Sequence record: MZ574432.2
Length of the DNA: 64,000 nt
Strand: one strand, 5' to 3'
Notes under the pieces: generated by a model
Seen by the model: the letters and a program-made list of their open reading frames with translations, nothing else
Told to the model about the DNA's origin: nothing
The model's database searches: none
Shown: positions 61,870 through 64,000 of the stretch, in pieces
Layout: every line of letters begins with the position of its first letter
How positions within the stretch are numbered: position 1 is the stretch's first letter
Translations under genes and position numbers: made by a program

Positions 61870-61898
61870 GTTAACCCTAACGCGGCGTTAAGGTTAAC
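61870..61898. promoter_or_regulatory. 29-bp CtrA-like quasi-palindrome (inverted)
   Basis: GTTAACCCTAA-N7-TTAAGGTTAAC. Confidence 0.75.
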
Positions 61899-61929
61899 CC
61901 TGGGACGCGGGGCGTAAACCAAGGAAAAT

Positions 61930-61970
61930 GCAAGAAAGCTGTTGACACGCATCGAAGGACCATGCGACAA
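61930..61970 (+). promoter_or_regulatory. Early-type promoter 11
   Basis: GCAAGAAAGCTGTTGACA...ATGCGACAAA. Confidence 0.8.
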
Positions 61971-61996
61971 AGGCTCACCAACAACGGAGAGCCCCG

Positions 61997-62554
61997 ATGC
62001 TCGACCACCCGCTGATCGTCACCGCCCTGGCCAATCTTCGCGAAGGCCCCGGCATGACCAATTCCGCCGATCGTCAGACCAAGGTCACGAGTCATCAACT
62101 GACCACGGCGATCATGCTCAAGGCCGCCGACCAGATCGCCCAAGCCCTGGGCGACCTCACCCCGCCGCCCTGCCTGGGCTATTTCCTCGCCAACGAGTTT
62201 GATCGCCTGGGAGACACCTGGGGCGACTTCATGACCGCCTTCGACGAAGGTCAGGCCCTTGCGGATGCTGACGAGGTGCTGGCGTGGTATCGCCGCACCG
62301 TCCGCGACGATCCCGAGGGCTACGCCGAGCGCATGGACGGCGCCTTGCCCAACGCCGCCACCCGAGCCCAGATCGAATCCGACTACGCCGCCGCCAAGGC
62401 CGGCGGCCGGTTCATCGTGGTTCACGGCAAGACCGGCTCGCAGTACGGCGACCGCCTGTCGCAACGCTTCGCCACCTACGAGGCGGCCGAAGAAGCCTGC
62501 GCCCCCTACCGCAAGCCCGGAACCTGGGCTTATGTCGATGAGGCCGCCTCGTGA
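61997..62554 (+). CDS. Hypothetical early protein
   Basis: GGAG RBS. Confidence 0.75.
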   Translation: MLDHPLIVTALANLREGPGMTNSADRQTKVTSHQLTTAIMLKAADQIAQALGDLTPPPCLGYFLANEFDRLGDTWGDFMTAFDEGQALADADEVLAWYRRTVRDDPEGYAERMDGALPNAATRAQIESDYAAAKAGGRFIVVHGKTGSQYGDRLSQRFATYEAAEEACAPYRKPGTWAYVDEAAS

Positions 62555-62952
62555 CCAAGTTCGAGCGCCTGGACGGCTTCACGCAAGCCTTCATTTCGTC
62601 GATGGTGACGGGCAAGCCCTACGGCTTCGCCGACCTGTCGCCCGACGCCCTGGCCCGCATCATCGCCGATTGCGAGGCCTTCCAATGCGGGCGCCTGGAC
62701 AAGCCCGCCCGCATGGTCTTTGGCCGCACGCCGCCGGCCACCACCGCCGTCATGGCCGTGGTCCGGGGCTCCCTGTGCTGGCACGCCGGCCGGCACTTCT
62801 GGTTGTCGCGCCAAGGCCTGCCCGACGGCTTCGACCAGAGCGAGGCCTTCGCCGGGACCTGGGCGCCGCTGCTGCACAAGCTGGCCCTGACCTTCCCGCC
62901 CCTCACCGTTCACCAAGACGCCCAAGGCGTCGTCACCGTCTCGGAGGCCTGA
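62551..62952 (+). CDS. Hypothetical early protein
   Basis: GTGA-coupled. Confidence 0.7.
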   Translation: MTKFERLDGFTQAFISSMVTGKPYGFADLSPDALARIIADCEAFQCGRLDKPARMVFGRTPPATTAVMAVVRGSLCWHAGRHFWLSRQGLPDGFDQSEAFAGTWAPLLHKLALTFPPLTVHQDAQGVVTVSEA

Positions 62953-62954
62953 CC

Positions 62955-63590
62955 GTGGACCGCATCGAATCCGCCACCCGCGCCGTGGACACCTTCGTAG
63001 GCGCCACGTGCGCCCCCGCCTCCATGTTCGGGCATCTGCGAGACGACGACGCCCGCGACGGCGCGCTCTGCGAACTGCTGCGCAATCTGCGCCACTTCGC
63101 CGACACCTACGGCCTGGACTTCGCCGCCCTGGACGCCCGCGCCGGCCGGCTCTACGAGGGCGACACCGCCCAACTCGGGACCCTCGTTCTCGACGAGTCG
63201 GCCTGGAGCGCCTACGGCGACACCCTGGACACGCGCCGCGCGGCGATCGCCGCCGCCCTGCTGGCCAAGGACCACGCCGAACCGTCCGCCAGCCGCGAGG
63301 AGGCCGAAACCGAGGCCATGACCGATCACGCCGCCGTCGTCGGAACCGTGATCCGGGTAAACGACATCACCGGCTATTACGGCGAGACCGGGCAAGAGGA
63401 CTTGCGCCCCCATGACGGCGCCCCGCCCTTCGCCGTCGTCGTCATGCCCTCGCCGCGCGATGATGTCATCTACTGGAATGACGAGCATCTGGACGCGCGA
63501 TGGAACGTCGAGCCCGCGCCGGGCGAAACCCGCCTCTATGGCCTGCGCTCGCTCTGGGTCTTTGGCCGCTCTTTCGTCGTGGAGGGCTGA
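62955..63590 (+). CDS. Hypothetical early protein
   Basis: GGAGG RBS, GTG start; ELLRNLRHFADTYGLDF. Confidence 0.7.
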   Translation: MDRIESATRAVDTFVGATCAPASMFGHLRDDDARDGALCELLRNLRHFADTYGLDFAALDARAGRLYEGDTAQLGTLVLDESAWSAYGDTLDTRRAAIAAALLAKDHAEPSASREEAETEAMTDHAAVVGTVIRVNDITGYYGETGQEDLRPHDGAPPFAVVVMPSPRDDVIYWNDEHLDARWNVEPAPGETRLYGLRSLWVFGRSFVVEG

Positions 63591-63592
63591 TC

Positions 63593-63736
63593 ATGACCAG
63601 CCTGCAACGCGCCGGCTACGAGGCCCAGCGCGCTGGCGTCAAGTGGTGGCACAACCCGCACCCGTCGGGCTCCCCCGCCGCCTATCAATGGGACGAGGGC
63701 CACACCTTCGCCCGCCGTTCGATCACCCCCGTCTAG
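63593..63736 (+). CDS. Rmf/CrpP-like small protein (47 aa)
   Basis: AGYEAQRAG...NPHPSGS...WDEG pattern. Confidence 0.5.
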   Translation: MTSLQRAGYEAQRAGVKWWHNPHPSGSPAAYQWDEGHTFARRSITPV

Positions 63737-63748
63737 GAAAGGCCACCC

Positions 63749-64000
63749 ATGACCGAAGAACCGATTCGCCTGCGGGCCGAGCCCGCCAACATGACCACCG
63801 TCGCCGTGGGCGGGGTGCTGCTGTACTTCTCATATCTGACCCTGGTGGGCTTCCGCTGCCCGCGCCTGGGGACCGTCGTCAACCCCGAGGGCCGGGCCAA
63901 GTCCAAGACCACCGCCGCCCACATGACCCACTTTGGCCTCAACGCGCCGGGAACGGGTCAATGCAGCACTGAAGAAGACTTTCAGACCCTGGCCATGGGC
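63749..64000 (+). CDS. Hypothetical early protein, 3'-truncated by window edge
   Basis: AAAGG RBS; YFSYLTLVGF...SKTTAAH; open to window end. Confidence 0.7.
   Translation, partial: MTEEPIRLRAEPANMTTVAVGGVLLYFSYLTLVGFRCPRLGTVVNPEGRAKSKTTAAHMTHFGLNAPGTGQCSTEEDFQTLAMG

Noticed and set aside
62259-62954. N-terminal part of the 443-aa track ORF (similarly 4676, 5086, 29971, 56766, 57352 extensions)
   Set aside because: Upstream portions overlap real genes in other frames; true starts are downstream with RBS or coupling.
1-64000. Prophage, integrase or insertion sequence
   Set aside because: No recombinase or transposase motif, no att-like repeat, and no host genes in the window.

Overview
This is 64 kb of a high-GC (about two-thirds G+C by eye) lytic dsDNA phage genome, best matching the phiCbK-like Caulobacter phages (assignment inferred from gene content and regulatory motifs; no database search was run). 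Almost everything is transcribed on the + strand in tightly coupled operons of small hypothetical genes. Recognisable genes are an acyltransferase-3 fragment, a Tat-type lipoprotein, a cupin, a DEDDh exonuclease, an ATP-grasp protein, a NadE-like protein, an ABC-type ATPase, an HNH-RNA ligase fusion, a MazG-like protein, three tandem-HTH proteins, RuvC, terS, an intein-containing terL and an HslV-like peptidase. The only clear minus-strand unit is a pair of tRNA-Arg genes (UCU, CCG) preceded by a 15-aa leader ORF whose Arg codons are AGA, AGG, CGG, CGG, CGC; this candidate codon-sensing control of tRNA supply is the top finding. An AT-rich three-repeat CRISPR-like or iteron array lies at 40.1-40.3 kb. 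A repeat-dense non-coding zone (49.8-51.3 kb) follows terL, and then an early-type region (51.4-64 kb, probably the long terminal repeat) built from repeated terminator / CtrA-like box / promoter / RBS cassettes.
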